A stretch of DNA of 62,165 nucleotides, filler included, from Squatina squatina (GCA_031763465.1; 3 parts of 3 records of this genome joined end to end with filler, not necessarily neighbours in it), one strand, 5' to 3'; shown: positions 25,344 through 39,635, counted from the whole stretch's first letter. The notes: generated from the sequence alone by a model not told the origin. Translations and numbers: made by a program.

Positions 25344-25454
25344 NNNNNNNNNNNNNNNNNNNNNNNNNNNNNNNNNNNNNNNNNNNNNNNNNNNNNNNNN
25401 NNNNNNNNNNNNNNNNNNNNNNNNNNNNNNNNNNNNNNNNNNNAAGAGTAGTGA

Positions 25455-25706
25455 ACACCATGACCTGCAAGTTCCCCTCCAAGCCACACACCATCGGGAC
25501 TTGGAAATATATCGCTGTTCCTTCATCGTTGCTGAGTCAAAATCGTGGCAATCCCTCCCTAGCAGTACTGCAGGAATAACTTCACCACACGGACTGCAGC
25601 GGTTCAAGAAGGCGGCTCACCACCACCTTCTCAAGGGCAATTAGGGATGGGGAATAAATGCTGGCCTTACCAATGACGCCCACATCCCAGGAACGAATAA
25701 AAAAAG
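25455..25706 (+). mobile_element. CR1-clade LINE 3' end with A-rich tail
   Basis: SKSWQSLPSS...LQRFKKAAHHHLLKGN*, ending in gaacgaataaaaaaa; homologous to 34700-34927. Confidence 0.75.
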
Positions 25707-28700
25707 TTACTGCTTATGCCAAACAACAGAACCAAGCTGTTTAGAATATCTCACACAGCTCAGGGTTTGAATTCTAAGAGGACACATCCTTAGTGAGAGT
25801 GATTTCTGTAATGCTGAAGAGAGGAGTTTTAGCCTTTGAGTCCTAGGCTGTAGCAAGAGTGCTAAAATGTATGGCAATGTGAAATCATACTGCACTGCCC
25901 TCTTAAAGATGACTGCTGATAAAGACATCAATTCTCAACAGAACATATCAATGATCCTACGTGAAGTGGGATCTTACGACCCCAAAAGCGTGTTAATAGC
26001 CTGCTATGAGTATTTGTCCCACCACACCATGTTGCCAGTTGTACAGAGTGTTGTACTATTAGAGTGCATGACAATGATTACCATGGACAGGCTTCATCTT
26101 ATTGATAAAGGGCTTGCTGAGAAAATGATCTCTTTGGCTACACTGTGGATGACTAAGTTAACAGGGGAACATGCTGAAAGCCAGGAAGCTGCTTGCAATC
26201 TCCTGGTTGTGTTGAGCTTCAGGTTTATTAATGAAGTTATCCAGGTGACGATGGAGGATTTCAAGCAAGGCCGCATTCCACATGTGTACATGGTGAAGAC
26301 CTTGGCAAACATGTCAACGGAAAATGTGTATGGCATGGTACCTTTGTTGAAATCAGTCTTAGAGACAATGTTTCCAGTTCTCAAAGGACTAAAGCAGGAG
26401 CTGAAATCTATGTCCGCCTTAGCTGAAGGCAGTTTTAGCAAGAGCATCCTGATCTATCTGAGAAATGTGGAGAAGGCCCCAGACCCTACTTTGACTAAAC
26501 ACACTTTTGAAACCACGGTACACATTGTCTATACCTTGCTGTTCAAGGAGTGGCTTGAGAAGGAGATGTCCAAATTGACCATCCCAATCGTGGAGTCTCT
26601 AAGCTATGTGACCTTACTGCTGCCTCAGTACAAACTCGAGAAAGAGCTGCCCAACATAATTCCAGGCATTCTGTCTCTCTACACGAAATACCCAAGGCAT
26701 TTTCTCATCACACAGTCTCTGTGCCGTGTACTGGAAGCTGCCATGGATATGAAGTGTCTGGGGCTAAATACACAGTTGGACAGTCTGCTTAACAATCTTC
26801 ACCAGCAGATTTGCATTCCAGTGAATTTTAATAACTATCTTGCTGTGAAGAACCACAGTGAGGTCCTTTGCTGTTTCACAGTTCTGGCCCCAGCTTACGC
26901 AGATTCACTGGTTGAATTTCTCTTCGACAAGTTAGACAAGAATGACAAACAAATGAGAGTTGGAGCACTAAATGCACTGAGACACCTCATCAGGTTGGAC
27001 CCCTTACACTTGGAGAGTAAGAAGACTCAGATTGTGTCTGCCTTGAAACGAATGCTTCTATACCAGAACAGCAATCATGAGAAGAAGCTAATTGCCCAGG
27101 TAATATGTGCAATGGCCCAGCAAAGTTACCTTGAGCCAGAGGGAGGAAAGGTAATGGTGGAATTCCTCATTCAACAGTGCACCGTACCCATTGATTCAGG
27201 GGCCCCAATAGCACCTAGTCGTCAACTGGATCAGGTGACAGTTAAGGAATTAGTTTGATTATGTGAAACAGTGATGTTTATGATCACAGGTGCAGCAAAG
27301 ATGGAGAATGTTCTCTGGCCCGTTTTACTGGAGACTGTCACCAGGACCCAGTACACCAANNNNNNNNNNNNNNNNNNNNNNNNNNNNNNNNNNNNGGGGA
27401 AAAAGAAATTGCAAACCGGCAGTGAAAATATTTTACTTACTTACAATGAAGATGCCAAACTCCCTAAAGCCCAGGCACTGCTGGCCCGACTCCTCATTGT
27501 ATCATGTTGCCCATATCAGGGAGGAGGCCGAGGAGCTGCTGCACTCAGGCTCATGCAAGCCCTGAGCTTCAATATCCACCCAGCAACAGTAACAGGGTGG
27601 GAAGAGGAGCTTCCATCATTAACGAAACATTTACTGGAGAATTCAGAGGAGTCTCTGCCCCAACAAGAATGGGAGGAGAAACTATTGCTGCTCTTGTCTA
27701 GAACACTGAATTCCATTGGTGATGAGGAATGGACGGGTAAGCTGAGTGATGAAATGTGTAAACAGATCGACACCGACCATCGTTCCCCACAAGAGAAAGG
27801 CTTTCTCTATAAATCACTTGGGACAGTGCTCCGTCATGTCCCCAGGAAGAACATAAAGGATCAGCTTCATCAAATGCTGCTGAGTGTGCAGCACGGTGAG
27901 AGTGCGGAGAGAGAGGGGGTAGCCGTTGCCATTGGTTTCTGTGCCATGACCCACTTTGATGATACCCTCAGTAGCCTGGTGGAGTTTGATAATTCCAACA
28001 TCTTGAAGAACACAAATAGTTTCTTCAGTGTTCTTAGGGACAAGCCTNNNNNNNNNNNNNNNNNNNNNNNNNNNNNNNNNNNNNNNNNNNNNNNNNNNNN
28101 NNNNNNNNNNNNNNNNNNNNNNNNNNNNNNNNNNNNAATTGAGACCCACATTCTGCCAGCTGTGGTTAGCCAATTTATTAAAAGTGGGCAGGGGATAAAG
28201 GCTGAATTCGGGGATCTTACACTAAAGGTCAGCCTAATAAAGACTGTGACTCTGATAGCCAGATCCCTACATTCATATCACCAGAGAGTTCCCTTCAACT
28301 TTAGCAGAAAAAGAGAACTGCTGACATACATGCAGGACCTTATCGAGGCCGAGTCACCAGAGCTGCTGCAGAGCCCTGTGAGACAGTTAGCTATGACCGC
28401 CTGCGTGTATCTCATACAACTACACAGTGAATCAAACCAAGCTGATACCTCGCAATTGATTCAAACTTGCCTGACTCGTACTTTCAGCTTGGTGCATTCA
28501 GAACTGGACAAGGACAAAGACATGGACAGCAACACCAAAGAGACCGCAACACTTTATACCCAAACCATGGCTGCCCTGCAACAGCTTCTGAAGCAAATAT
28601 TACTGCAGGACCTGTCTCCGGAAGGTCTCCAGGCCATATTCAAGCAGGTAGAAGACTGGATCTTGTCAGCAAAGGACTATGAACGAGAGCGAGCCATGGA

Positions 28701-29259
28701 GACTACCTTAGAGCTGTTGAAATGTTACTTGGAGATGCTCAATGTTAACAATGTAGTGCCACTAAATAACATGGGGACTCTGATTGGACAAATGATGCCA
28801 CGCTGTGCAGACCCAGCATTACCCATTGGGCATATGGCTGTGGACAGTTTGTACATCATCCTGTCCATTCAATTATCGTATGAACGCACCAATCAGGATC
28901 AGCACAAGGACCAGCTAGAGATTCTGAAATCAGTCAGAGAACAGTTAGTCAACCCTAACAGTTCAGTCNNNNNNNNNNNNNNNNNNNNNNNNNNNNNNNN
29001 NNNNNNNNNNNNNNNNNNNNNNNNNNNNNNNNNNNNNNNNNNNNNNNNNNNNNNNNNNNNNNNNNNNNTCTGGTATTTTTGCATTTCCTACACCAACCAC
29101 CCTGTGGATCTCACTAAGGGTGTGCACCATGGCATTTAGTGTTAAATTAGGGGCAGTTTTGCGTTATGGGTCCAAACCCGCTAAGAGCTGGTTCGAGATA
29201 GCCTAAATCAATGACCCTTATATTCTGCACTTCAATTTTTACATCAAAGTGAATGATCA

Positions 29260-29388
<129 letters not shown>

Positions 29389-30269
29389 TCACAGTCATTT
29401 AGCTTATATTTGTAAAGGACTGTGGGGTTCGAAGTTCAAAGTGGAGTAAAGTGCCAATCTACACAGATTAATAAAGGTTCAGTCTCCAAAGCTGACTGGT
29501 AGACAAGTTGTGAAGAGCACACAGCAGTTGCAGCCTACATCACAATAAATACAAACTTGCCTCACAAAAATGTAATTTCTAAGGAACACATCTATCTATT
29601 TTCCAATACAAATTTTGACAAAATCTGCTACACTTTATGTAAAACATCAATAAATCAGAACTGAACTATATTAAAAAATATATACAGAAAGAGAAGCAAC
29701 CCCAGTCAATTCATTCTGATGTCAATCACAGCTGCTGAAGGAAGTTTACAGACTGACCAGGTGCCAGAGATTTACAAGCACTGACAATCTGCCACCTTCT
29801 TCAAAAAGAGCAATGAAATTCTCATTGACCTTACATCACTGCTTGTTGACAGCAATTACACTTAGCTACCTTAAAAAGACAGGTGAACTCAAACATGGCT
29901 CCACTGTGACAGGTGAACATATTGTGTTCTGCTGCCCCTTTATAACATCCAACCTAACATGTGCAATGCCAAAGAAGATCTGCTAGTATAAACAAAAAAA
30001 TACACTGAAATCTCTGTACCCGAGTTGGTTCAGTGTCATAAACACAGAGGGCTGTTTATACAACTTTTAAAATGCACTAGTAATAAATCGATAAACTGAA
30101 GATAATGATTATACCAGGCTGGAATTGAACATAATAGAACCAAGGAACCAATTTAATCCTCAGGATTTGTTAATTAAATTATAAACCTTTTGATGGAAAG
30201 GTCCTGTTGCAGCCTACAATCCATTTTTGAGTTTTTTTAATCCAAATAGTAACCTTGCCCTTGTTACCC

Positions 30270-30440
30270 TTTGTTCTTCCTTCTCCCCGCCCCTCTCCCC
30301 TTTGCCTGCCAGTGCTTTAATACTTCCTGTATTTCTGGCTTTTTTCAGTTCTGATGAAGGGTCATCGACCTGAAATGTTAACTCTTTTTCTCTCCACAGA
30401 TACTGCCTGACCTGCTGAGTTTTTCCAGCATTTTTCGTTT
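30270..30440 (+). mobile_element. Penelope-like element terminal repeat remnant
   Basis: cagttctgatgaagggtcatcgacctgaaatgttaactc...gcctgacctgctgagt..ccagcattt; same family as 10059-10223. Confidence 0.7.
30346..30384 (+). ncRNA. Minimal type I hammerhead ribozyme motif (probably decayed)
   Basis: AGTT-CTGATGA-A-GGGTC-ATC-GACCT-GAAA-T-GTT-AACT: both core boxes, helix II and a 4-bp helix I are present; the usual GAAAC reads GAAAT. Confidence 0.55.
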
Positions 30441-32911
30441 ATATACAGCAACAGTTGTGTCCTGTCTCCTCACCTACCCCGTCCCTTTGGACAAGGACGT
30501 CAGTGATGTGTGGAGATCACTGGCCGAGGACACGGAATGTGCCTTGAGTACAATGATAGAACTGCTGGACACACTGAATAAGCAATTACTATCTGGGGAG
30601 AAAAGAACCTATCCCATTACTGAAAACGTGACACTATATCCTACTCTCCAATCCCTGGCTGCCGTTTGTGCTCTGTATGAGATAATAAACATACCTGAGT
30701 CAGCACCGGCTGTAACAAAGTTATTCCCGCAACTATTCAGCACCCTGCTCATCCACCTCAGCTCCTCCGTCAATGTTCGTCTGCCCAAGACTTTTGTTCC
30801 TGATTGCAAAGCGAAGCAGAGGGGATTCTCAGCCGAACCTCTGACACCTCGAAGTGGGGACATGTGTGTGAACTGTGCAGAGACATTAAGGAGCCTGCTG
30901 TGTCGAGTGAAGTATCAGCAAGTGGTAAATTGCGTGATGGAAAGTGGAGGCTGGAACCAGCTGATGGATATCCGCAAGTGCCACATTGGGGTTGTCCTGC
31001 TGGCCAGTGCAATGGGTAGTCACGCTGGCCCCAGTCTGACTGTCATTATAGAAGAGCTCGCAGCTCTCATCCCCACTATACAAGATTGTCAGAAAGTCAC
31101 TGTGGCTGCCTTCTTTGGAGAGCTTTTAAATCAGTGAGTGGTGACAGAACTGCCACTCAGATACTCTGGTGGCAAGGTTGCTACGACATTTGACGGATGC
31201 TTCGTCCATTATCCAGTGGCACTTCGTTAAAGGCCTGGTAAATGCTGGAGATTCTCACAAGATCAGAAATTGAGCCTTTCTTCAAAAAGGAACGTGACAA
31301 AGTGGGAGCTGCGGCATTTAACGTACTTGGCAAACTGATCAGATTTGGAAATATGCGACGGAACCCTCTACTTATGGAACACATGTATTCCTCCCTGATC
31401 AACTTGCTGCTGCATCTCAACAACAAGACCAGAGAGGTAATGAGGGGCGCAGCACATCGCTGCTAAACTTGATTAGTCCAATAATGTCATCAGAAAGCAT
31501 AGCGGAGATATATCAAGAGCTTTCATTGGACCAGACTGCACTGGATTATGAGCACTATTTGAAAGACCTCTCCAAACACATTAGCAAAGACTTGCTCGGC
31601 AGGACATCCTACATAACAGGCACGTACAATCTGAGAGGAGAGTAAATGTAGTCACATTGATCAGTTCACTCATGTAGAATGCACTGCCAGATTAGTATAC
31701 ATCGCTCTCTGTGCATCAGATTATTGCTTTGCTCTCAGATCATGTACAAAGCAACTATGGCGTTAGGCAACCAATCTCTACAGGTCTTAAGGATCAGAAC
31801 AAAATGATTATTAAGAGTGGATTTTCTTGCATTGTGTTTGGAAAGAGCACATCTAAAGTAAAGGAATTCTGATATAGAAAATAGCCAAAAGGAAACATCA
31901 CCATTGAAACAGCCTGAGCTGTTGNNNNNNNNNNNNNNNNNNNNNNNNNNNNNNNNNNNNNNNNNNNNNNNNNNNNNNNNNNNNNNNNNNNNNNNNNNNN
32001 NNNNNNNNNNNNNNNNNNNNNNNNTTATTTCTCTCAGTGTTGCACATTCTCTGCAAGCTGCAAAATGTGAACAACTTCTATGAGATAAATTTCTACAAAG
32101 TAAGATTTTTTTGTGCAAGTGTGTAAAATGCAAACTATGCAGCAGAACAAGAGAAAACTGTTAAACCACAGATGCTCTTCTTTGCTTTCCAGTTAGAGTA
32201 TTCTCCCAGTTCCATTGGAATCTATTTTTCTGGTGTTTTCTTGCTTTGTGAGACTGTGGTTCTGGGTCATCGCTGCTGTAGAAACCAGAGTTCCAGTCCC
32301 TCAGTGAAGTTTTCTCAGTGCTCAGTCAGACTGCGAATTTTATGTTACAATAGTTTTATGCAGGAATTCATTTAGATAGCACAAAACCCAGTAACCAACT
32401 GAAATATAATGAAACAGTTTATTTTCATTGGAATCTTGTGAGAGTGACTGACATAAAAAAATCTGAAAACACAAAGATAGATAGATACCTGGAGCATGCT
32501 GCACAGAGGTAACATATTATAGACATAAGGCAGGAAAAGAAAAGGCCATGTAGCCCCTGAACCCTTTTTTTCCCCCACAGAGAATATTAAATCTACACTC
32601 TTCGAGAATCTACCCAACTTGCCAAACCACTTCAGAGAAAAAGTATTTGTGAACCTCAAAAATAATTAAGTGGAACTCCAGAATATCTCTCACCTTAAAC
32701 TTGCATGAGTCAATCGTGATCAGTCAGTTTCCATATGTTATTCCAGGATATCAGAAAGTTAAAAGTCATTTACACCCATGATAACATGTTGCACACTCAA
32801 CTTTTTAATTGTCATTTATAATATTTGCAGATTTCCAGTTTTTCCTGTTTCGGTGTTTTTCTATTCATGCTTTACCACTGGAGCATCCATTCTCCATTAT
32901 TGGTGCCACAA

Positions 32912-33005
32912 CAGTTGTTGAGTTTTGCCATTGGTGGGCTGCTCGGGGATGTCTTTCTGCACCTATTGCCTGAGGCATGGGCCTACACCTGCAACAATAA
33001 TCCAG
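32912..33005 (+). CDS. SLC39A13: SLC39A13 (ZIP13) exon, 5' part apparently missing
   Basis: QLLSFAIGGLLGDVFLHLLPEAWAYTCNNNPG|gtaagg matches ZIP13; no acceptor at the expected upstream position. Confidence 0.8.
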
Positions 33006-33119
33006 GTAAGGAATAGACTGAGATGGGCCACACAACTGAGAACAACTTGTATTTCTGTAGCATCCTTCAAAGATGTTACAAGTGGATAGCCTAAAATAGT
33101 GATGGGAAGATTAAAAACA

Positions 33120-33186
33120 TGGAAAAATAGGTGCAGGAGAAGGCCATTCAGCCCTTCGTGCCTGCACCGCCATTCCACTCGATCAT
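33120..33186 (-). mobile_element. CR1/HER1-type 3' tail
   Basis: gcaggagaaggccattcagcccttcgtgcctgcaccgccattc is the reverse of the tail at 5370-5427. Confidence 0.6.
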
Positions 33187-34417
33187 NNNNNNNNNNNNNN
33201 NNNNNNNNNNNNNNNNNNNNNNNNNNNNNNNNNNNNNNNNNNNNNNNNNNNNNNNNNNNNNNNNNNNNNNNNNNNNNNNNNNNNNNAACACGCAAAGGTC
33301 TGCTTTGATCACCATGCTACATTTTTCTAATCCCTGTGGAATTAACTCGGAGAATCTAGTCGCCCTGTGTTGATTGTGCTTTTGCCACGAGGTGCATGTG
33401 TTGCATATATATCCTCCTCTGTGCTCGAATAAACCAAGCTAGGTCTCCAACCTGAGGTCAGCTATCCTTGTTTTGAGCTACAGCTTTCTGTGCATCAGCT
33501 ACCAAAGCAGTAAATGATTGAGAGAGAAATGGTTTTCTGACACGTATGGATTTGCATGCATAGAGTGCGTTTGTGCTTTTCAGAGATTCCCTCGGCGACA
33601 CTTGCATATTTCATCTGTGATTCTGTGTTGCAGGAACTCTGTGTATCAGGTGTTGCTGATGTGCAGTGGAATTGGTGTCATGATGCTGGTCTCTGCCATT
33701 GTCTAATTGAAGCCCTGGATTGTTCTTGGATCAGAGTGCCATTTTAGTACCATCTAGGGAAAGGTAACCTGCAGCCAGCATTAATGACACACTTGATCAA
33801 CAAGACCAACTACTGCACCAGTATGGAGAAAAAAAAAATTGACTTCCTTCCTTCACATCTCATCTAAACTGAGTTTAGTAATAAAGTAATGACTGGTAAC
33901 GCCCAGTAAAACACTGAACCAAAGAAAAATGCAATAAACCCTCCTGTCAGATGTTGCACAACTAGGAACAGCCACTACATAATTGATGGTGCTTCAGTGT
34001 CAGACAACTCTGACCCCCTAGCTTGCCTGGCCAGCCAGGTTGTTGCTGTGTTGCAAGTCAGTCCTCAAGTCCTGCTGTCTCCAGACTGATGACCCCCGCC
34101 CTGCACTCTGCATACAGAAGGAGAATAAGAAATGTGTCTGGTGAGCCTTGTCATTTGTTGTTTCACTGTTAATGTGAGATTGCTGCCTGGACCTTGGTTG
34201 TTGCTTGTCGACACAGGTCATACGTCAGCAGCTGAAAGCTCTGGGACACTGAAATACTCCCACTTGCAAGTGTCTACCCAACCCATGTGTGCCCTTAATA
34301 GCCTTCCTGAAAGAGGGNNNNNNNNNNNNNNNNNNNNNNNNNNNNNNNNNNNNNNNNNNNNNNNNNNNNNNNNNNNNNNNNNNNNNNNNNNNNNNNNNNN
34401 NNNNNNNNNNNNNNNNN

Positions 34418-34927
34418 AAGGCACAAGTCAGGAGTGTGATGGAATACCCTCCACTTTCCTGGATGAGTGCAGCTGCAACAACACTCACGAAGCTCGACAC
34501 CATCCTGGACAAAGCAGCCCGCTTGATTGGTACCCCATCCACCACCTCAAACATTCATTTCCTCCACCACTGGTGTACCATGGCTGCATGTGTACCATCT
34601 ACAAGATGCACTGCAGCAACTACCATGACCTCTTCAACAGCACCTCCCAAACCTGCGACCTCTACCACCTAGAAGGACAAGGGCAGCAGGTGCATGGGCA
34701 CACCACCATCTCTATGTTCCCCTCCAAGTCACACACCGTCCTGACTTGGAAATATATCACCGTTCCTTCATCGTCACTGGGTCAAAATCCTGGAACTCCC
34801 TCCCTAACAGCACTATGGGAGAACCTTCACCACAAAGACTGCAGCAGTTCAAGAAAGCAGCTCAGCACCACCTTCACAAGGGCAATTAGTGATGCCCACT
34901 TCCCATGAACGAATAAAAAAAAAAAAA
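34418..34927 (+). mobile_element. CR1-clade LINE 3' portion with poly(A)
   Basis: KAQVRSVMEYPPLSWMSAAATTLTKLDTILDKAARLIG..., ending in gaacgaat(a)n. Confidence 0.8.
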
Positions 34928-35363
34928 TTATCCCATTCACTACACTACATCAGAATGGTGTGTTATCCCCTGTCAGCAGTGGGAATATCTAGCTGTGGAA
35001 CTGGGATGATGGTTCTGATAGGCTGGGAGTGGGGGGGTAGTGTGCTGCGGGATGGTTGATTGTGACGGTGACTCTGATGTACCAGGAGCACTGGAGATAT
35101 GTGGCTGTGGGATTGTTTACTGGGATGGTGCCTCAGGTGCTGGGAGCAATAGGGGTATCTGGCAATGGGGTTTTGTACTGGAATGATGACTGTGCTAAGA
35201 ATGGGGGTATCTGGCTGTGGGATTGTTGCCTGTCCTCACATGGGCAGCGAGAGTCAGCACCCTGAGGAGAGGTGGGTGAAAATGGCAGCAATAATAGGTG
35301 CAAGCGGGTGGAATGAGTTATGTTCGTTGTAGTGACTGCTAACTAACCCTGGATCTGAAGTAG

Positions 35364-35800
<437 letters not shown>

Positions 35801-36587
35801 AGTGCAAACAAAGGGAGAAGGGCCAGGATTTGGGTGGAGAGAAGAGAATAGTTTGAGGAAGGGTAGAGGTAAAGCTTGGGGAAGGGGAGAAGGGTAAGGC
35901 TTTGAGTTGGTGGGGGTGGGGTTTAAAAATTTTAAAGTGTGAAACATGTCACCAACCAACTGCTTACGCTTCTGCGGCCAATATTATGATGGTGAGTTGT
36001 GTGCCGCGCTTGTGTCCCATTTGGAGAGGTGGGACACTTCATTACAATATTTAAATCAGGCTCCCTCAGTGCACAGGAGCTGCAGATGGGTAAGTGCTTT
36101 TAAGAGCACTGCTGTGAGCCAGGAGGAGTAGGAGTGCTCATCCCTCCAGCAAACCTTCTGCTGATTGCAGGCTCTCCTCGCTGCCGCGATCGGCTGAACC
36201 CACTTACCTTAATCCCGCGCCTTACTCCTGCCGACAACCCCTCCAAGCCTGCGATCCTGAGCCTTCTGCTGTACGATCTCTCCCTCTCTCCCAAACCAAC
36301 GCCCTTTATTAAGCTGCAGTAATACTTGTGTACAAAGCTCAAAAGAACAAAAGGCAAATCCATGCACCTTACTCAACCATATTTCTGCAATTTTATCTAT
36401 AGTAAAGACGCAGATTTAAAACTATACTTGCAGTAAGTGGTCTGTCAGGTTTTAATTAACTCAGGATCACTGATGTGAACTTCTCTTCTGACAATAGCAC
36501 AACATTATCACAGTTTGTGTTCTGGATTTTGTGTTTACTCTTTCACTTGTAGTGTAAATGTGAGAGGAAAAAAAAGAGGCAGAGGCT

Positions 36588-37475
36588 ACAGTCTGAAATT
36601 GTTGAACTTGATGTTGAGTCCAGAAGGCTGTAAAGTGTCTAATCAAAAGATGAGGTGCTGTTCCTCGAGCTAACGTTGAGCTTCATTGGAACAGTGAAAA
36701 AGTCCGAGGATGGAAAGATCAGAGTGGGAGTAGAGCAGAGAATTAAAATGGCAGGCGACGGGAAGCTTGATGCCACGCTTACGGACTGAATGGACGTATT
36801 CCGCAAAGCGGTCACCCAATCTGTGTTTGGTCTCCCCAATGTAGAGGAGACCTCATCGTGAGCAGCGAGTACAGTATACTAAATTGCAAGAAGTATACTG
36901 TTCACTGTTCCACCTGGAAGGAGTGTCTGGGGCCCCGGACAGTGGGAAGGGAGGAGGTAAAAGGGCAAGTGTTGCATCTCCAGCACTTGCACGGGAAGGT
37001 GCCATGGGAAGGGGAATGGATGTTGGGATTGAAGGAGTAGTGGACCAGGGTGTCGCGGAGGGAGCGGTCCCTTAGGAAGGCTGAAAGGGGAGGGGAGAGG
37101 AAGATGCATTTGGTGGTGGGGTCACGCTGGATGTGGTGAAAATGGCGGAAGATGATCTGTTGAATGTGGAGGCTGGTGGGGTGAAAGGTGAGAAAAAGTG
37201 GAACCCTATCGTGGTTCTGGGAGGGAGGGGAAGGGGTGAGAGCAGAAGTGCGGGAAATAGAACTGACACGGTCGAAGGCCATGTCAACCATGGTAGTGGA
37301 AAATCCTCGGCCAAGGAAAAAGGAAGACATATCGGAAGCACTAGTATGGAAGGTGACCTAATTTGAGCAGATACAACCGAGACAGAGAAACTGGTAGAAT
37401 GGAGCCAGAGAAGTCGAGGAAGGGAAGAGTCGGCGTTGGAATATGTGAAGGTGAGGGAAGGGTGGAAATTTTCTA
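36588..37475 (-). mobile_element. Penelope-like retroelement fragment (RT C-terminus, linker, GIY-YIG endonuclease), disrupted
   Basis: NFHPSLTFT...RVPLFLTFHP...FLRDRSLRDTLVH...PCKCWRCNTC, then NLVYCTRCS...LYIGETKHRLGDRFAE in a shifted frame. Confidence 0.85.
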
Positions 37476-38625
37476 GTTCAGAGCNNNNNNNNNNNNNNNN
37501 NNNNNNNNNNNNNNNNNNNNNNNNNNNNNNNNNNNNNNNNNNNNNNNNNNNNNNNNNNNNNNNNNNNNNNNNNNNNNNNNNNNNCACTTGGCCTATTGAT
37601 CCCACTCCATCCACAGTGCATGTATTCCGTGGTTTGCTCGGTTCCATCATTTCCTCCCCACCCCAATCCTCTAAAGAACTCAGCCTCACCTTAAACAAAA
37701 TAAAAACTCAACCCTCCCAACTCCCAGCCTTCTCAACCATCATTCCAACTCCACACCTCCACTCCCCTCTCCTGCCGCCTGGTTAGGGGGCTTTAACCTT
37801 GGGGTGCGAGCTCACTGTCACCAACTCTGTCGACACTTCCTGACCCCTTCACCCTCTGTGCTGTGTTCATTGTGTCTCATCATACCCTAAGGAAGCATGC
37901 AGGTCTGGGATGTACGAGTCTGTGTACTGTATCGAACTCCAGTGCAGTGCTACACATGTATGGTACAACTGTAAAATATTGTGATGTCCATTTTAGATGT
38001 ACTGTTTATAGCCAAGGATTGAGAAAGTTTAATGTAATAAATTGATCTTGCCTCAGTGCTGCTGTGCTTTATGAGCACTCCCTGCTCGTGAATTGCAAAG
38101 TGGATTATGCTGCCCGCTTGAGTTATCCTCTCTGCTATTCACTGCACTGAATGGCAGGGTGAGATACAAGTGTGCAAGCAATTGCACAGCATTAGGAAAT
38201 AAGGTTTAATATGTAAAATGAACANNNNNNNNNNNNNNNNNNNNNNNNNNNNNNNNNNNNNNNNNNNNNNNNNNNNNNNNNNNNNNNNNNNNNNNNNNNN
38301 NNNNNNNNNNNNNNNNNNNNNNNNGGCTCAGAACAGTCATGCATGTGGCCTCACAGTGAGACGGATAAGTTGGAGTTGAACTGTAGGCTGGTACATGCTG
38401 GGGCCCAATAGCCACAAGTTGCCCATGGCCAAAAGCCGAGTCACTGGAGACCCTGAGCCAAATTTCACCTGCGGCAAGAGGTCGAATGATGAGCTCGAAG
38501 CAAGTGAGAACAACTGAACTGCAAAAACTTTTCTGTATTGCTCAGTCAAACTTAGTATTTGTTGGCCAAGCCGACTAGTTTGTGCAGTACTCCCCCACAC
38601 AGACCTACAGCTCTCTGCCACTCAC

Positions 38626-38769
38626 CTTCGTCTGTGCAGCACAAGCTCTGGCCAGCAATGTCTTCCCTGTTCCTGGCGGTCCATACATCAGAACTCCCTT
38701 CGGAGGCTGGATCCCTAGATTCTCAAACTTCTCCTTGTGATTCATGGGTAGGACAATGGCTTCAACCAG
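38626..38769 (-). CDS. PSMC3: PSMC3 (Rpt5) exon with Walker A motif
   Basis: 144 bp, ctgcag|...|gtgagt; [48 protein letters not shown]. Confidence 0.97.
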
Positions 38770-38977
38770 CTGCAGAAAGGAGACGTCAGGACCATTACAG
38801 GAAGGGCCAATGCAACACGCTCTCGCACACTCGGAGCCCCTCAATCAGCACCACGCACTGTAGCCCTTCTGTTAAAAGCCACTGCTCTTTGGCTGTATCC
38901 CTCCCCTTTAAATCAAACAGGAACTTGGTGACCAATGTGACAAGTGCAGGTACTGGTGGGAGCCCCTTGCCCTCCAC

Positions 38978-39148
38978 CCAGAGGGAGCAGTTCTACGGGC
39001 TCCACTTAAACCACGCCGGGACCAGTGTCCTGGCGAACCGAATAACTAGGGCAGTTGACAGAATTTTAATCTAATGAAGGGAGGAGGGGGGGGAGATTCA
39101 GGAAAGAGTAAATTTAAAAGCAGGAAGAGAAGTGTCAAGGTAGAACTT
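38978..39148 (+). mobile_element. CR1 LINE ORF1 (SGNH/esterase) C-terminal fragment
   Basis: GLHLNHAGTSVLANRITRAVDR resembles the DGLHLN esterase motif of CR1 ORF1. Confidence 0.65.
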
Positions 39149-39469
39149 NNNNNNNNNNNNNNNNNNNNNNNNNNNNNNNNNNNNNNNNNNNNNNNNNNNN
39201 NNNNNNNNNNNNNNNNNNNNNNNNNNNNNNNNNNNNNNNNNNNNNNNNGACGTGGCAACAGTAGTTGCAGACTGCCAGCTCACTAAACTGCTAATTTGGT
39301 AACACTCCTCCCGCATGTGTGCAAATCCCAAAAGCAAATCAGAGATCATTGGACCAGCCTAAAATGTAATCCACAAAATTTGGCAATTTCTCGTGCTGAG
39401 GTTTGAGTGTTGGAGTTGAACAGATAGACTGCTCATATAATTGTGTTGAGTAAGGGAGTAACGATAAAA

Positions 39470-39635
39470 GGGGAAAGGGGCGGGAGAGAGAGTGCGCATG
39501 CAAGAAATGTCTGCGCTTTGCTGGAAATTTCTGGGATGGAATTCCTGAGCCGACCACACGAGAGAAAGAGGGAAGGTGCCTCCTGCAGCAGCTGCGAGAG
39601 AAGACGAAGGTTATTGCCGGAAGCACAGGTCAGAA
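39470..39635 (+). promoter_or_regulatory. Possible housekeeping promoter or first non-coding exon
   Basis: GC box GGGGCGGG (39477-39484), NRF1-like TGCGCATGCA (39493-39502), ETS CCGGAAG (39617-39623), local CpG enrichment. Confidence 0.35.

Noticed and set aside
27256-27258. In-frame TGA in the MROH copy read as selenocysteine or programmed readthrough
   Set aside because: No SECIS seen, MROH proteins are not known selenoproteins, and further stops and frameshifts downstream favour decay (possibly CGA to TGA).
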